Below, one piece after another: positions 15,758-30,562 of a stretch of DNA of 64,000 nt (positions are counted from its first letter, which is position 1; every line of letters starts with the position of its first letter). The notes under the pieces were generated by a model. The model saw nothing but the letters and a program-made list of their open reading frames with translations. It made no database searches and was not told the origin of the DNA. Source of the stretch: the human T2T-CHM13v2.0 reference genome, Homo sapiens; NCBI RefSeq assembly GCF_009914755.1, contig NC_060931.1; one strand, 5' to 3'. The position numbers and the translations under genes were made by a program.

Positions 15758-18229
15758 GTAAGGAAAAGCACAGTCACTCACATTTAAAAAAAATGGAAAT
15801 TTGGTAGAATAACTATATAAAGCCTATACATAAATGTTTTAGGATATTTATTTTCCCTTAGCAATACAATGCTGTTCTCTTATTAAACATGTATATTTCT
15901 TCAAATGTCAACTCAATTCTGAAAAATGTCACTGACAATTAGATGTACACTTAACACTTTTGGATAATGATTCTTACCAGCTTAGCATTCACAGGAGTTT
16001 CCTACAGAACAGAGGTTAAACTTGATTTAAATAATGTAACAGACAGATTAATTTTAACCAGAGAGAAATTTTAGAACTAACTTCTTAATATGAAAAGGTA
16101 ACAGCAATTTTCCAAATCAAAAACGTGCAACATAGAGCTTAGGGTAAATTATTAACCAACTACATTTCTCATTATATTGCATTTGTATGTTTTAATTAGC
16201 TAGGCTAACTAAAAAAATTACATAGGTTCTCTTGATTTTGTCTTTAACAGTCAACAATGCAATCTAGTGGTTATTGTCAAGGCATTAAAACTGGTTTATA
16301 TAAGGAGACAGATATTGTCTTTAGACTGAACACAAAGCTGGAAGCCTACAGATGTGGAGATGAGCTTGTTTAGAAGATAATAAGTTTGAAGACATGGCAA
16401 GTGTCCAAACTTTAACTAGATTGTCACATAGGACATTCTTGTAAGGATTCAATCATTGGATAGGTGGCTAGATAAGAAAATCCTCAAATCTCCATCTATA
16501 CCTGAGAGCCAACAATACTTTATGCCAGTACCCAACACAGAAGCAGAGCTGTTGTATGGACAATACACAGCTCACTTAGACCACTTAGGTTTGAGATAAG
16601 GCCATTTAAAAGCAGTAGCAATTCTTCCTAAATATTTCAGAATAAAATCCAATTATTAATTAGACTTGACATATTCATCTTTGCAGGATTACTCAGTATT
16701 ATTCAGAATGGGCTATTCATTCAATAAGTTTAGAAGGAAAAGAATCATAGCATTATGACAAAAATTTGGAAGAATCTCATGGGCACTAACCCATCTCCTA
16801 CCCAAATAAAAACCCTTTCTTATACTTTAACACTTTTTGATGGGGGCACTTCTTATATTAGAAGGGAAACTGCCATTTGGGGGAAATATTAATTCCTAGA
16901 AAGTTTTTAAGTATATTTAATCTACTTTGCCTCTTAATAACTTCATACCACTAGTTCTAATTCTACCTTCTGGTGCAACATAGAATACAGCAAATCCTTC
17001 TTTCAAAAGCCAGTTGTCCAGGTATTTTAGGATATCAGGCCTGCCTACCAAAGTCTTCTTGCTAAGGTATTCCTCAAGTGATGCCAGCTTTCTCAAATCA
17101 TTTTACTATCTTAAATCCTTTTCAGAAAAATAACCTGGGTTATATTTATTCATTGAGAAATTCTTGAGTGCCTACCTTGTGTCAGGAATTACATGTTATT
17201 AGTAATAACAGTAGAAAATAATAATAATTCATGCAGTCAAAGAGTTCACCTTGAGAGAAAATGGGAGAATGAGATGAGCCACATTTTCATAAAAGCCTTG
17301 TTCATTGCTTTCCTATTTTTTGTACTATTGGACTTTTTAATCTTTTTTATTTTTAATTTTTGTGGGTACATTAGACTTTTAAAGTAAATTATATGCTAAG
17401 TATCACCTCTGAGCTCTACTTGAGAAATCAATAGACTGCATTCTCTACTCACCAAAATATATAGAATCACCTGAGCATTATATTGAATTGTTTTAATTGC
17501 CTTCCATGTATCATATATCAAAAAACAGTATGGGTTTTTCTCACCTTTGGTCTAAGTAACATAACTTTCCAACGCATTTTTTTTTAAACCAGTCCTGTTT
17601 GGTATTTGCTTTCAGGAGTGTCTCAATTAAAATAAGCGACTACATTTAGGTTTAAGGAATGTGATATTAGTCAGTATAATGGAAGAATGATTTCCTTTCT
17701 TGTTGTATTACTTAGACAAATTGCAGAACATAAATGCCAGTATTGCTGAAACCTTCCTATAACGCAGGAAAGCTTACAGTGGCGTGACAATTTACTCATT
17801 GCAGTCTGTGAGCACTCCACCTTTGCACTGGATCTCTGACTCTCCATACCTTGTAGGGGAGAAAAGAATGCAGATTGCACCATTGGTCATCCCCTTTATC
17901 TCCCATCTCTCCCTATTTCCTACTTCTTTGCTCTTGGCCTATATACATTAGCATAACATCCTCGGTTTCTTATCTTTATGAACTGTAATCTATATAGTCA
18001 CCCAATTTGAAAGTCACTTGGCTGCCTCCCTTTTCCTCTTTCCATTATCGGATGGGTAACTAAAACTTATCCATCTTTATTTCCAAATAACTCTTCAATC
18101 TATTCCCTCTGCTTTACAAGGATTTACATTGCCTTTGTTGAGGCATCATCATTTCTCACCGAACAATTTCTATCACCTCCTAATTGGTGTTCCTGCCTGT
18201 ACTATCTTGACCTTCCCCTCCAATGCATT

Positions 18230-18904
18230 CTTCTTCTTTTTTTTTTTTTTTTTTGAGATGGAGTCTCGTTCTGTCACCCAGGCTGGAGTGCAGTGGTATG
18301 ATCTTGGCTCACTGCAACCTCCGTCTCCTGGGTTCAAGTGATTCTCCCACCTCAGCCTCCTGAGTAGTTGGGATTACAGGCGTGTGCCACCACGCCGGCT
18401 AATTTTTGTATTTTTAGTAGAGACAGGGTTTCACCATTTTGGTCAGGCTGGTCTCGAACTCCTGACCTCAGGTGATCCACCCGCCTCAGCCTCCCAAAGT
18501 GCTGGGATTACCCATCTTCCAATGCATTCTTTATATGCAAAAAGAAAAAAAAAATCAAAGTTGCAAATTTGTGTCTTTCCAGCACTAAATATTTAACATT
18601 TATTTATGTATTTATTTATTTGAGATGGAGTCTCGCCCTGTCACCCAAGCTGGAGTTTAGTGACAGGATCTCGGCTCACTGCAACCTCCGCCTCCTGAAT
18701 TCAAGAGACTCTCCTGCCTCAGCCTCCCGAGTAGCTGGGATTACAGGCAGGCACCACCATGCCTGGCTATTTTTGTATTTTTAGTAGAGATAGGGTTTCA
18801 CCATGTTGGCCAGGCTGGTCTCGAACTACTCACCTTGAGTGATCTGTCTGCCTCGGGCTCCCAAATTGCTGAGATTACAGGCGTGAGCCACTGCACCTGA
18901 CCAG
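18230..18904 (-). mobile_element. Two AluS-like elements in HYAL6P intron 1 (18230-18510; 18597-18904)
   Basis: Alu consensus; first has TSD ccaatgcattctt. Confidence 0.9.
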
Positions 18905-19529
18905 TTGTCTTAACACTTTAAAACAGCATTTTTCTCTTTGTATTTGGATTCTGTTTATACATAGAAATTCATATGTTTTTACTTTCCAAATTCTGTGTGC
19001 TTTACCACAAGGAAGTACTGGGAGTTCTCTGGATGGACTGTGATTTTGCCTGGATCTAAGTCTCTGCTCTTATTCTTCCTGTGGATATAAAACTCTGCTC
19101 TCTCTAGACTGTCTTGTGAATTCATACTCATTCTCAAGAGTCTACTGATTCTCATTCCCAAGAGTCATATGAAATTTAACGTGTTAAGGAAGCCTTCCCA
19201 GACTCTTCCATGAAGTATTAAGCACTTCTAATTTATATATGTTTTGTGAGTGCTACTAATATAAAAATTATTATGTTATAGTCACTTGTTTATATGTCTG
19301 TCTCAACCATTAGACTAAAAAGCATTCCTTCAAGAAAAGGAATTGAAATCTATTTCATTTTTATATTCTCAGTGTTTAGAATATTGCCTGGAACATTGTA
19401 AATATTTCTCAAATAAATCTAAGAATCCAAGGCAGTATCACCTTTTCCAATTCTGGTATGGTCTTTTGTTTTATTTTTTGTATGATAGCTTTATTTAAAA
19501 GAAATGCCTTTTTTTCTGTGTATTAAAAT

Positions 19530-19922
19530 TTATATTTTAATTGACATATACAATTGTATGTATTTATCATATACAACATAATGTTTTGAGGTACATATAC
19601 ATTGCAGAATGGTTAAATCTAGCTAATTAACAAATTCATGACCTCACAGTTATTTTTATTTTAAGAACATTTAATATCCACTCTCTCAGCATTTTTCAAG
19701 AATACAATATGTTGTCATTACCTATAGACACCATGCTATACAATAGATCTCTTGAACTTATTCCTCCTATCTAATTGTAATTATGTATTCTTTAACCAAC
19801 ATCTCCTCAATCCCCTCTCCCTCCTAACCACCTCAGCCTCGGGTAATCACCATTCTACTATCTACTTCCATGAGATTAACTTTTTCAGATTCTATCTGAG
19901 TGAGATCACGCAGTATTTACCT
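19530..19922 (-). mobile_element. L1MA-like 3' fragment
   Basis: acaacataatgttttga..ggttaaatctagctaattaac..caatagatctcttgaactta. Confidence 0.75.
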
Positions 19923-20066
19923 TGTGGTACAGTCCTTTGTTTTGGAAACAAAGATATCATTATTAACGTGTTCCTTACCACAGTTGAGGGATTGAGTCTT
20001 ATTATTGCATTATCACTGACAAAATTTGACTTGGTGGAAACTACTCCTGATACCTCTCTTTTCTAG

Positions 20067-20156
20067 GAGGACTTAGTGCATGCAATTGGCGAAAGTGCAG
20101 CATTGGGGGCAGCAGGAGTAATATTGTGGGGAGGATATGAATATTCTGCTTCAAAG
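20067..20156 (+). pseudogene. HYAL6P: HYAL6P coding exon 2 (90 nt; not in ORF track)
   Basis: Acceptor ctctcttttctag|, translates EDLVHAIGESAALGAAGVILWGGYEYSASK, donor AAG|GTAAGC; phase 0/0. Confidence 0.95.
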
Positions 20157-20608
20157 GTAAGCAATGATTTCTCTGTCAGCAACTTGAATATACTTTTGAG
20201 ATTGGTTTAAAAACATTTTTTTTTTCGCATCAGAGTCAAATGGTTGCTGATTATCTGCTTACTTGACCTTAGTGAAATTCAAAAAGTACAGGGTCTAACA
20301 TTGAGCACCTACTCCATACCAGCCATTGTGGTTAGTAGAAGGGTAGAAAGAGCACAATCATTCTAATCAGACAGCTAAGTGAGAAACTGATGTTTATGTC
20401 CTAGGGGTGTAATTTTGAGCATGTTAGTTAACATTTCTGAGTCTCAGCTTCTCCATCTAAAAAATTAGACTAAAATAAAACCTCCTCTGCAGGATTTTGG
20501 TAGATTAAATGGCATAATATATATGTGACAAACAAAAAGTAATAAATTTTAAAAATGAATAATTATTTCATTTGCACTGAGGGCAGATTCTCCAAAAATG
20601 ATAAATAA

Positions 20609-20918
<310 letters not shown>

Positions 20919-21018
20919 CAAAAATGATTCTTTACTTTGCTGATTACCTATTATAGAAATGCATGTGGGAGAAAAATCTATTTGTATATAAAGGTTTATT
21001 AACAATCTACTCTGTTCT

Positions 21019-21325
21019 GGCTGGGCACGGTGGCTCACGCCTGTAATCCCTGTAATCCCAGCACTTTGGGAGGCCGAGGCAGGTGGATCACTTGTGGTCA
21101 GGAGTTCGAGACCAGCCTGACCAACATGGAGAAACCCCGTCTCTACTAAAAATACAAAATTAGCTGGATGTGGTGGTGCACACCTGTAATCCCAGCTACT
21201 CAGGAGGCTGAGGCAGGAGAGTCGCTTGAACCTGGGATGCAGAGTTGGCGGTGAGTCAAGATTGTGCCATTGTGCCCCAGCTTGGGCAACAAGAGTGAAA
21301 CTCCATCTCAAAAAAAAAAAAAAAA
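21019..21325 (+). mobile_element. AluS-like
   Basis: ggctgggcacggtggctcacgcc..A17; small internal duplication ctgtaatcc. Confidence 0.92.
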
Positions 21326-21334
21326 TTACCAATC

Positions 21335-24300
21335 CCCCTTTTATTATAAGAACACTTAATATGAAATCTACCCTCTTAAATTTTGGAGTGCTTAATATAT
21401 TGTTAACCATAGACACTATGTTGTACAGGAGATCTCTCGAACTTGTTTATCTAGCGTAACTAAACTAGCATATCTCGGACTTATTTATCTAGCATAACTG
21501 AAACGTTACAACCTTTAAATAACAATTTCTCATTTCTCCCACCCTCAGCCCCTTACAACTATTACTGTGTTCTTTGCTTCTACGAGTTTGGCTATTTTAG
21601 ATACCTCGTAAGTAGAATCATGTAGCATTTGTCCTTCTGTGACTGCCTTAGTTCACACAGAATAATGTCCCCCAGGTTCATCTGGTTGTCATAAATGACA
21701 TTATTTCCTTCTTTTAAAAGGCTGACTAATATTTCATTGTATGTATATACCGAATTATCCTTATTCATTTATCTGTCAACAGACACTTGGATTGTTTCCA
21801 TTTCTTGGCTATTGTGAATAGTGCTGCAATATACATGGGAATGCAGACACCTCTTTGAGATTGCAATTTCACTTCTTTTATATATCCAGAAGTATATATG
21901 CATTTATACTGAATCATATAGTAGTTATTATAGTTAGAATTTTTTGAGGAATCTTCCATACTGTTTTCCATAGCTCTTGTACCATTTAACATTCCCATCA
22001 ACAGGGTATGGGGGTTCCCATTTCTCTACAACTTCAACACTTGTTATCTTTTATTTTTTAAATAATACCCATCCTAACAGGTGTGAGGTGATAGCTCATT
22101 GTTTTGATTTACATTTCCCCAATAATTATGATTTTGAGCGTCTTTTCATATACCTGTTAGCTCTTTGTATGTCTTCTTTGGAGAAATGTTTGTTCAAGTC
22201 CTTTGCTTAATCTTTGATTGGGTTATATATATTTTTTGCTGAGTCATAGAAGTTCATTATATATTTTGGATATTGACCTCTATCAGACATATGGTTTGGA
22301 AATATTTCTACTATTCTGTAGGTTATCTCTTCATACTGCTGTTTCTTTTGCTGTGCAACAGCTTTTCAGTTTGATGCATCCCATTTGTCCATGTTTCTTT
22401 TTGTTGCCTGTCCTTTTGGTGTCATGTCTAAGGAATAATTGCCAAGACCAGTGTCAAGAAGCATTCTCCCTATGTTTTCTTCTAGGAGTTTTACAGTATT
22501 CGGTCTAATGTTAAATAAGTCTTTAGTCCAGTTTGAATTGACTTTTGTGTGTGGTATAAGATAGGGATCCAATTTCATTTCTGGGCCTACAGATATCTAG
22601 TTTTCCCAACTCCATCTCTTGAAGAGACTATCCTTTCTCTGTTGTGTTCTTGGCACTCTTGTCAAACATCAGTTGATCATATATGTGTAGGTTTACTTCT
22701 GGACTCTCTATTCTGTTCCTGTGACTTGTATATCTTCCTTTATACCAGAAACATAGTGTTTTAATTATTGTAGAATTGTAATATATATTTAAATGAGGAA
22801 ATATGAAGCCTCCAGTTTTGTTCTTCTTTCTCAAGGTTACTTTGGCTGTTCTGGGCCTTTTGTGGTTCCATATAAAGTTTAGTTTTTTGTTTTCTATTTC
22901 TGTAAAAAATGCCATTGGGATTTTGATGGGGATAGCATCAAGCCTGCAGATCACTTTGGATAGTATGGACATTTTAACAATATTAAGTTTTTCTATCCAT
23001 AAACATAGGTTATCTTTTATTTATGTCTCTTTTAACACCTTTTATCAATATTATGTAGTTTTTGATGTACAAGTCTTTCACTTTTTTGGTTAAGTTTATT
23101 CCTAAGTATTTTATTATTTTTAATGGTATTGTAAATGGAATTGTTTTCTTAGTTTCCTTTTCAGATGGCTCACTATTAATAGATGGAAATTCAACTAATT
23201 TTTGTATGTTGATTTTGTATCCTGCAACCTTACTGAATTTCATTATTACTTATGACATTTTTTGTAGTTTTTAGGGTTTTCTATATATAGAACTATATCA
23301 TCTGCAGCAAGAATAATTTTAAATTCAGATTCATTTTTATTTCTTGCCTAATTGCTCTAGCTAGGACTTCTAGTACTACGTTGAATAGAAGTGGTCAGAG
23401 TTGGCTGGATGAGATGGCTCATGCCTATAATCCCAGTACTTTGAGAAGCTGAGGGATGAAGGTTGCTTGAGGCCAGGAGTTCAAACCCAGCCTTGGCAAC
23501 ATAATGTGACCCCATCTCTACAAAAGGTAAAAAAGAAAAAACTAGCCAGGTGTGTTGGTGTGTGCTTGTAGTCCTAGCTTCTCAGGAGGCTACAGCAGGA
23601 GGATGACTTGAACCCAGGAGTTCAAAGCTGTAGTGAGCTATGACTGTGCTACTGCACTTCAGCCTGGGTGACAGACTCCATCTGTTAAAGAAAAATAATT
23701 AAATTAAAATGAATAAAAGAGAAGTGATTAGAGTGAGTATCCTTGTGTTATTTCTGATGTTAGAGAAAAAGCTTTCAACTTTTCATCGACTATGATGTTA
23801 GCTATGGGCTTGTCATATGTGGCCTTTATATGTTATGGCACATTCTTTCTACACCTATTGTTTTAAGAGTTTTTACTGTGAAGGGGTGTTAAATTTTTAA
23901 AAAGTGCTTTTTCTGCTTCTAGTAAGATGATCATAGGATTTTTATTTTTCATTCTGTTTATGTGGTATATCACATTTATTGATTTGTGTGTGTTGAATCA
24001 TCCTTGCATCCCAGGAATAAATCCTACTTGATCATGGTGTATGATACTTTTAATGTGCTATTGAATTTGGGTTGCTATTATTTTGTTGAGGATTTTTGCA
24101 TCCAGTTTCATCAGGGATATTGGCTGATAATTTTCTTTTCTTACAGCATCTTTGCCTTGCTTTGGTATCAGGGTAATGCTGGCATCATAAAGTGAGTTTG
24201 AAAGTGTTTCCTTTGCTTCAATATTTTTGAAGAGTTAGAGAGAGATTAGCATTATTGTTTTAATGTTTGGCACAATTCACTGGTGAAGTTTTCAGGTCCA

Positions 24301-24530
24301 GGGCTCTTCTTTGTTGGGAATTTTTGGATTAATGATTCAGTCTCCATGTTCGTTATTGGTCTATTCAGATATTCTATTTGTTTTTTCATTTTTAGTTCTA
24401 GAAGTTATATATACACACACATATATATTTATATATATACACATATATATTTTATATATATATATACACACACACACACACATATATTTATATATATATG
24501 AATTTATTCATTTCTTCTAGGTTATCCCGA
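21335..24530 (-). mobile_element. Ancient LINE-1 (L1MA/L1MB-like) ORF2/3' fragment with AluJ (+) at 23402-23715 and (TA/CA)n at 24405-24499
   Basis: ORF2-like translations 21765-23243 (KLDPYL, AIPIKIPMAFF, FSKVAGYKINIQK). Confidence 0.85.
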
Positions 24531-24769
24531 GTTACCTAGATAGTACATACAAAATAACTCTATTAATTTTCACAAAATAACTACTACTTTTCTAAAGCTG
24601 CCTTTGAGTATGGTCATCCATCCCACTGCTTAAGTGAAAATTCTGAGACCACAGCTCTTCCTCACTTCCAGGCATTAACAAACAGTCTCAGTTTCAGGAA
24701 TTAAAATGTCTAGTCTTATAAAATATAAAAATAGCAATCTCTTTTCATTCAGTGTGACACAAGTTAGGA

Positions 24770-25015
24770 TGTCAGCATTGTTAAGAACAGGAGTCCTGTG
24801 ATGAGACTGCTTGAGTTTCAATGCTCACTTTTTGTCACCTACTAGCTGTGTGACCTTGATCAAGTAATTGACTTTTCAATTTCTTTATCTATACAATGAA
24901 AGAAATAATAGTATCTCTCCTATAGGACTTTTATGAGAATTACACTATTGATATATATAAAGCACTTAAAACTGTACATGGCAGATGGCAAGTGCCATGT
25001 AAGTGTTGATTATTA
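24770..25015 (+). mobile_element. MIR
   Basis: Core actagctgtgtgacctt.. and aaagcacttaaaac. Confidence 0.7.
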
Positions 25016-27469
25016 CTTCTTACCTCTCTTCCCCACACACCAGGCTTGGATCTGAGGTGTGGAGAAGAGGGGTATGGTGAGTTCTTTTGTTCAGCTAATT
25101 CAAAGATGGGTTTAGAAGATGGGGATGAGGATGAGAAAAGGTGGCAATATAATTTTTTTAAGTTTAATGACATTAGTAATTATCTTTCCTGCTGAAAGCC
25201 TTTTGATACGGCTGCCATTTAGTGGCTGACTTTTTCTTACATGAAGCGCTGCTGCAATTTGGTTACAGGAAACCCCCTTCTCCCCACAACTCTCACCACC
25301 ACCTCCTTCACCCCCGCACATGACACCATTCTCTGCTTTGAACAATGCAGGCTTTAGCTACCACCTTGAAACTTCCCCTTTACTTCTTCCCCAGAAGTAC
25401 CTCCTACATTCCCTTTGCCCTTGGACTTTTCAGGAAGATGCATGCCTGGCTACCTGTGTAAAATCCACTTGGATCATGAAAATACTCCTGTACCCTTGTT
25501 CTGTTAAATTACATGAAGGCAGGCCACTCCCACTGCTGTCATCTCTCCTCAGTGTCTTTATTCCAAGAACCTGTAGCAGAGCTTTGCACATAATAATGTG
25601 TGCTGAATAAATATTTGCAGAGTGAATAAATAAACATGTCAGCCTCCAAGCTCCCAGTAGTTCCCGTGTGGTTCTAGGACAGTGCTCTCTACTTCAAATT
25701 CCTTTCACAGAACATTCCTTCTGCCCTGATAATTTCTAGCCATTTATATATGCTGGAGATGGGTAAATGTCTCTAACTCCTTAGTTGTCAACCCCACTGT
25801 CTTCAGCTTTGGGTTTCAGGTGAAATCTCTCTTTCTCTCTCTCTCTCTATATATATATCTATGATAAATCTATATATATAAAATGTATTTAGATTTTTAT
25901 AAATTATATGTAAAGTTCCTGTCTTTTTTTTAACCACGTTACATATAAATGGTGTAACAGGTTTCCCCTAATTGAAGCATGTATTTGGGATGGTCTGATT
26001 AAATCCAAGCTGTCACATAGACAAAATTCTCTTTTAGATTCCTGATGTAAATCTTTAAATACAGATCATCTTTCCTTAGAGCAGCTGAAATAGCCATGTA
26101 ATCACATCCAAGAGGCTGACAAATCCAACTCTAGAAGCAATAATTAAGGTTGATATAATCAAAACTTTCATAGTAAAATAGAAGAGGAGGTAGTGAGATG
26201 GAGAGACAATGGGTTATAAAGAATCTGGCTTTTCCCAAAGAGAGATCTGGCCTTTGTCCTTGGCTTCTGGGTGGTAATCTGGGGATATCTTTGTTTAGGG
26301 TGGATATAGTCACACCTAATAGTTTTATGATAAGGGCTGACTATGCCCCAAGAATCAACCATGTCACAAAGGGTGAAACAATGGGTAGATGCTTCAAGCT
26401 ATGCATTATCAATGAGTTGGAGCTTGAGTTGAACCACTTAGTCAATCAATCAATCATGTCTCTTCCTTTTTTGATTAGTTAGGCTTGTCAGATATAAATG
26501 TTTGATGGTTTTCTTTTTTTGAAGACCTATTCTTTATCAATTCAATTTTCTAATTCATAAATTTATACTTTTAACTTTATTATTTCTTTTCATGAGATTG
26601 CTTTCTAAAAAATTATTTTTCTAATTTCTTGAATGCTTGTTAAATTTATTATTTTATTCCTCTATGTTAAATAATCAAAACTATTGCAATAAAAAGTGTT
26701 ACTTTTGCATCTAGTATTAGCATGCTTTAAAATGTTAGGACATTTTTTCCAGATCCAAAGACAGAGTAGAAGATAAACTTCCACAAAAAGGTGCACATTT
26801 CTTTGGATAAAGATTTAAAATTAGAAGCTAATTTTATATATTTAGCTAATGCTCCAGATACACAGAATGTCAAGAAAGTTTGCCATAATGGGTAGAATGT
26901 CACTTGCTGGGTTCTGGGAAATTGGTGACCAGCTTCTGATAATGAGATAGAGATAGGAAATGCACTGATTCAATGCAGCAGGTAGCAACTAAGGTGGAGC
27001 TTCTAAGAGTGGAAAAATGACTGAGAAGATGCAGAGAGTTGGGGGAACAGGAAGCATGGAAAAAAGCGTAAATGGAAAGCAAGCCACTCAGTACCCCATC
27101 AGCTACCAGTACACAGTGCTGTATAGCTGAATGGGAGTCCAGGTGAAAGCCAATGCCAAAATGCCTTGTTTCTGGTTTGATAATTGGATTGCCCGGTAAA
27201 CAAAAGCACTTATGACTAGGCATTGACATTGAAAATTACTTTGGATGTATTAACACATTTTAACATGTAGTATTCCAGTTGCTTTTATTTTTCTAATTAA
27301 TTTGAAATTGTAATTTTAAAAATTTCCTTTTAGACCAAATTGCTACTTGGGAGGATATTTTTAATCTGTAAAAAACTAGGATTTTTGTGTCTACTTCTTT
27401 TATTATTGATTCCTATTTTACTTAATTATAGAGAGAAATATATGTATGCTCACTGTATTTAGAACAGAT

Positions 27470-28045
27470 TGTGGAGACTAGTTGGGAGGCAATCATCCAG
27501 GCGAGAGCTAGTAGTGATCTGAAACAGAATGGTAGCAAGGGTTGAATTCTGGATATATTTCAAAGGTAGACTGAAAAGGACTTGCTGATGGATTAACTGT
27601 AAGGGGAAAAAGGAGTGATGAATAACTCCAAGATTTTGCTCCTGAGGCACTGGAAAGAGGGAGTTGGCTTATGCTGAGATGGGGAAGTCTGGGAAGAGGG
27701 TCAGATTATGTTGGAGTATGTTAAGTTTGAAATGCTTGTACAACATCCAGGTAGAGATGTCAAGTAAATAGGTGGGTATATAATCAATTCAGGGATAAGG
27801 TCTGGGTGGTACACATTTGGGGGTTGTATTTAAACTAATGAGATGGGGTGAGCTTATCCAGTGAAATAGTACAGCTATAGAAGAGAAGAGGTCTAAGATT
27901 TAAGCCAGGGGCACTTCAGTGTTAAATGTAGGAAAGATGAACAGGAGCCAGTAAAGAAGACTGAGAAGGAACATCTAGTGAGGTTGGGGATAAAACAGGG
28001 ATGTGATGTTCTGGAAGCTAAGTGAAGAAGGTATTTCAAGGAGGG
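27470..28045 (-). mobile_element. L2 fragment
   Basis: attctggatatatttcaaaggtaga..gtttgaaatgc.. L2-typical purine-rich sequence. Confidence 0.65.
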
Positions 28046-29145
28046 CGGCTGCAACAGAACAGGGAATGCCCAAGTTGAAGTTGATTATATTTGCCAGTGT
28101 TCTGTGTTGTCTTCATTTGACTCCTGCCGACCTTTGTCTTTCTTGGTTGCTTTTTCGTCCTTCCTCTTTTTCCTTCCCAACTGCCCTTTTCCCCTTCCTT
28201 CTTTCCTTTGCTTCAATTGTTTGCCTGTTTTATTTTATTGTGTCTTTCTTAGAAACCTCCTCAGATGCCTCAGACAAGGAGTCCTGTCCTGACTAAAAAC
28301 AGCATGTGTTTCTAAACATAGTATGAGACTGCCTCCGATTGAATGTGCCTGTAACAAATAATATTGCTTACATGATCTTCAGAATTTGCTATTGCCAAAG
28401 TGCTGGCCTCGTTCAACTACCTGTCAATTAAGAGCTTTATTCTGCCTTATGACTTTCAATTTGAATCTCCCAAATCTTTACCAGATGGAGTCACAGTTCT
28501 GGGGCCTCCTCTTACTGAGAAAATATCCCACTGTTCTAAGCTTAATTGGTTTTTAATTATGAATTAGTTTTAATATTGATAAAATAAATAATTAAATGCT
28601 AATAGAAAACTCAATTTATGTTATTAATTAATCTACTAGAATTTTTCCATGGTCCTACCTGTATGGATCAAGGCAGACATTTATCAAGATTCCTGCCAGG
28701 CTCTTCTGGATTAGCTGATAATATCATTTCAATTAGGTTTGCCCATCCTAGCTGCACAATGTGATCATTAATCTGTAGAAACGTGTCCTAGAGTTAAAGC
28801 CCAATGCTATGGACACACCAATGAAATACCCAATGGTAGACTTGTGGGAAGACATTCTTACCTACTATCATTGGACCCTATATACAATGTACAAGTAACA
28901 CTAGCATTTGGTGTAAATAATGATCTTTTATATTCTACCTCCTAAAAACTGACTGATGGACAAGTAAAGTATGTTATATTTATATTATGAAATACTGACC
29001 AGCAATTAAAGTGGAAAAATGCTACATGTATCAACATAAAAAATGGAAAATGTTAAGTTCAAAAAGCAAATTGCAGAAATATCCTACATGATTATATATA
29101 CGTAAATGTTTAAAAAGCACAAAATAATACTCCCTCTTGTTCATA

Positions 29146-29148
<3 letters not shown>

Positions 29149-29188
<40 letters not shown>
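29149..29188. repeat. (CA)20 microsatellite
   Basis: Perfect dinucleotide run. Confidence 0.97.
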
Positions 29189-29190
<2 letters not shown>

Positions 29191-29681
29191 CTAAAAACTT
29201 GGATGAGAACTCATCAACTTTAGGAGAATTGTTATCTCTTCAGAGGTAGGGAGAAGAATAGGATGACTTGGTAGTTTTTGAAAAATCTGACCTAATGTTA
29301 AAATATATTGAGTATCAACATTGAAAATGTTTCACAATTAAAGTTCAATTTTAACAAACCATCCCCATATTAATGATATCTTTTAAAAGTATCACTACAA
29401 ATATATCTTTACATTAAGGAACAGTCTTTACTGGGACACTGTGAGATCATCTTCACCTGGAAATGATACGAATTTGGTTGGGTCATAGTCTTCCCAATTA
29501 AAGGCATGGCTCATTACTCACATGACCCTATAAAGGCTTAGTCCCTCCTTTAAATAGCTAATCCACACAAATGCTCCTCCTCCTCAGCCTTACCAAATAC
29601 AAAACTTTAGGCATTAATACTGCCTGGATTATGGAATCACACTTTGAAAGTGCTTTAAGTAGATTTCTGTTTTTCCTACAG

Positions 29682-30121
29682 GAGAACTGCTTATCTGTGC
29701 AGCAATCTATCCGAGGGCCTTTGGGCCATTATGCTGTGAATGTGACATCTGCAGCCAAGCTCTGCAGTCAGAGTCTATGTAACAATCATGGAAGAGTATT
29801 CGAAAAACACCTGAGTCCTCCTTCTATCTGCATATGCCTGAAAGCAGTGGTAAGAAATATGTTCTAAACAAGAGTTTCAGATTCATCATTTCTGAAAATA
29901 ATAAACAGAAGACAATAACAGACATGAAGAATGGATTTGTGTGTCACTGCTATTACGGCTGGCATGGACCGTCTTGTCACGATCACTCTTCAGATCTCCT
30001 AAGAGTGATGAATAAGGCTCCTACTATTAACTTCAATTTATTAGTTTTTCTCATTATGGCTTCTTCTGTGATTCTGCTAAAAAAAATTTTAGCCCTTACT
30101 ACAATGCCAATTTTTTCTTGA
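29682..30121 (+). pseudogene. HYAL6P: HYAL6P coding exon 3 (EGF-like domain and hydrophobic tail)
   Basis: Acceptor tttttcctacag|, ENCLSV...CSQSLCNNHGR then 1-nt deletion at 29795/29796, resuming IRKTPESSFYLHMP...FVCHCYYGWHGPSC...LLVFLIMASSVILL...; TGA 30119-30121. Confidence 0.93.
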
Positions 30122-30198
30122 AATACCAAACAGTAGCAAGTGTTGATTTTTTTCAACCTCAAGCCTCTCCCAAAATATGTATTGACTTTAAAGTAAAA

Positions 30199-30210
30199 AA
30201 TAAAAATAAA
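30199..30210 (+). terminator. Candidate polyadenylation signals of HYAL6P (tandem AATAAA)
   Basis: AATAAA at 30199 and 30205, ~80 nt after the stop codon. Confidence 0.5.
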
Positions 30211-30362
30211 AAAGTTAGTCATTGATGCCACTCATTGATACAGCAATTATTTACTGGGTGTTTACCTCATGCAAGGCAATAGGGAAAAGAAAGTGAATAT
30301 ACCTGCTCTCAGGGAGCTTAAATACTTGTGGGAAAATGAACAATGATAAATAAGCAATAAAC

Positions 30363-30562
30363 AAGCCTGGACAACATAGCAAGATCCCATCTCTACAAAA
30401 AATGTAAAAAATAGCTGAGTGTGGTGGTGTGGACTGTAGTCCCAGCAACTTCAGCCTGAGGTGGGAGGATCATTGAGCCCAGGAGTTCAAAGCTGTGGTA
30501 AGCTATGATTGTGTGACTGCACTGCAGTCTGAGTGACAAAGTGAGACCCCGTCTCAAAAAAA
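30363..30562 (+). mobile_element. 5'-truncated AluJ within an L2 fragment (~30250-30790)
   Basis: agcctggacaacatagcaagatccc..gtgagaccccgtctcaaaaaaa. Confidence 0.8.

Noticed and set aside
29571-29681. Hydrophobic N-terminus of ORF 29571 as a signal peptide
   Set aside because: It is translated intron and polypyrimidine tract upstream of the acceptor at 29681
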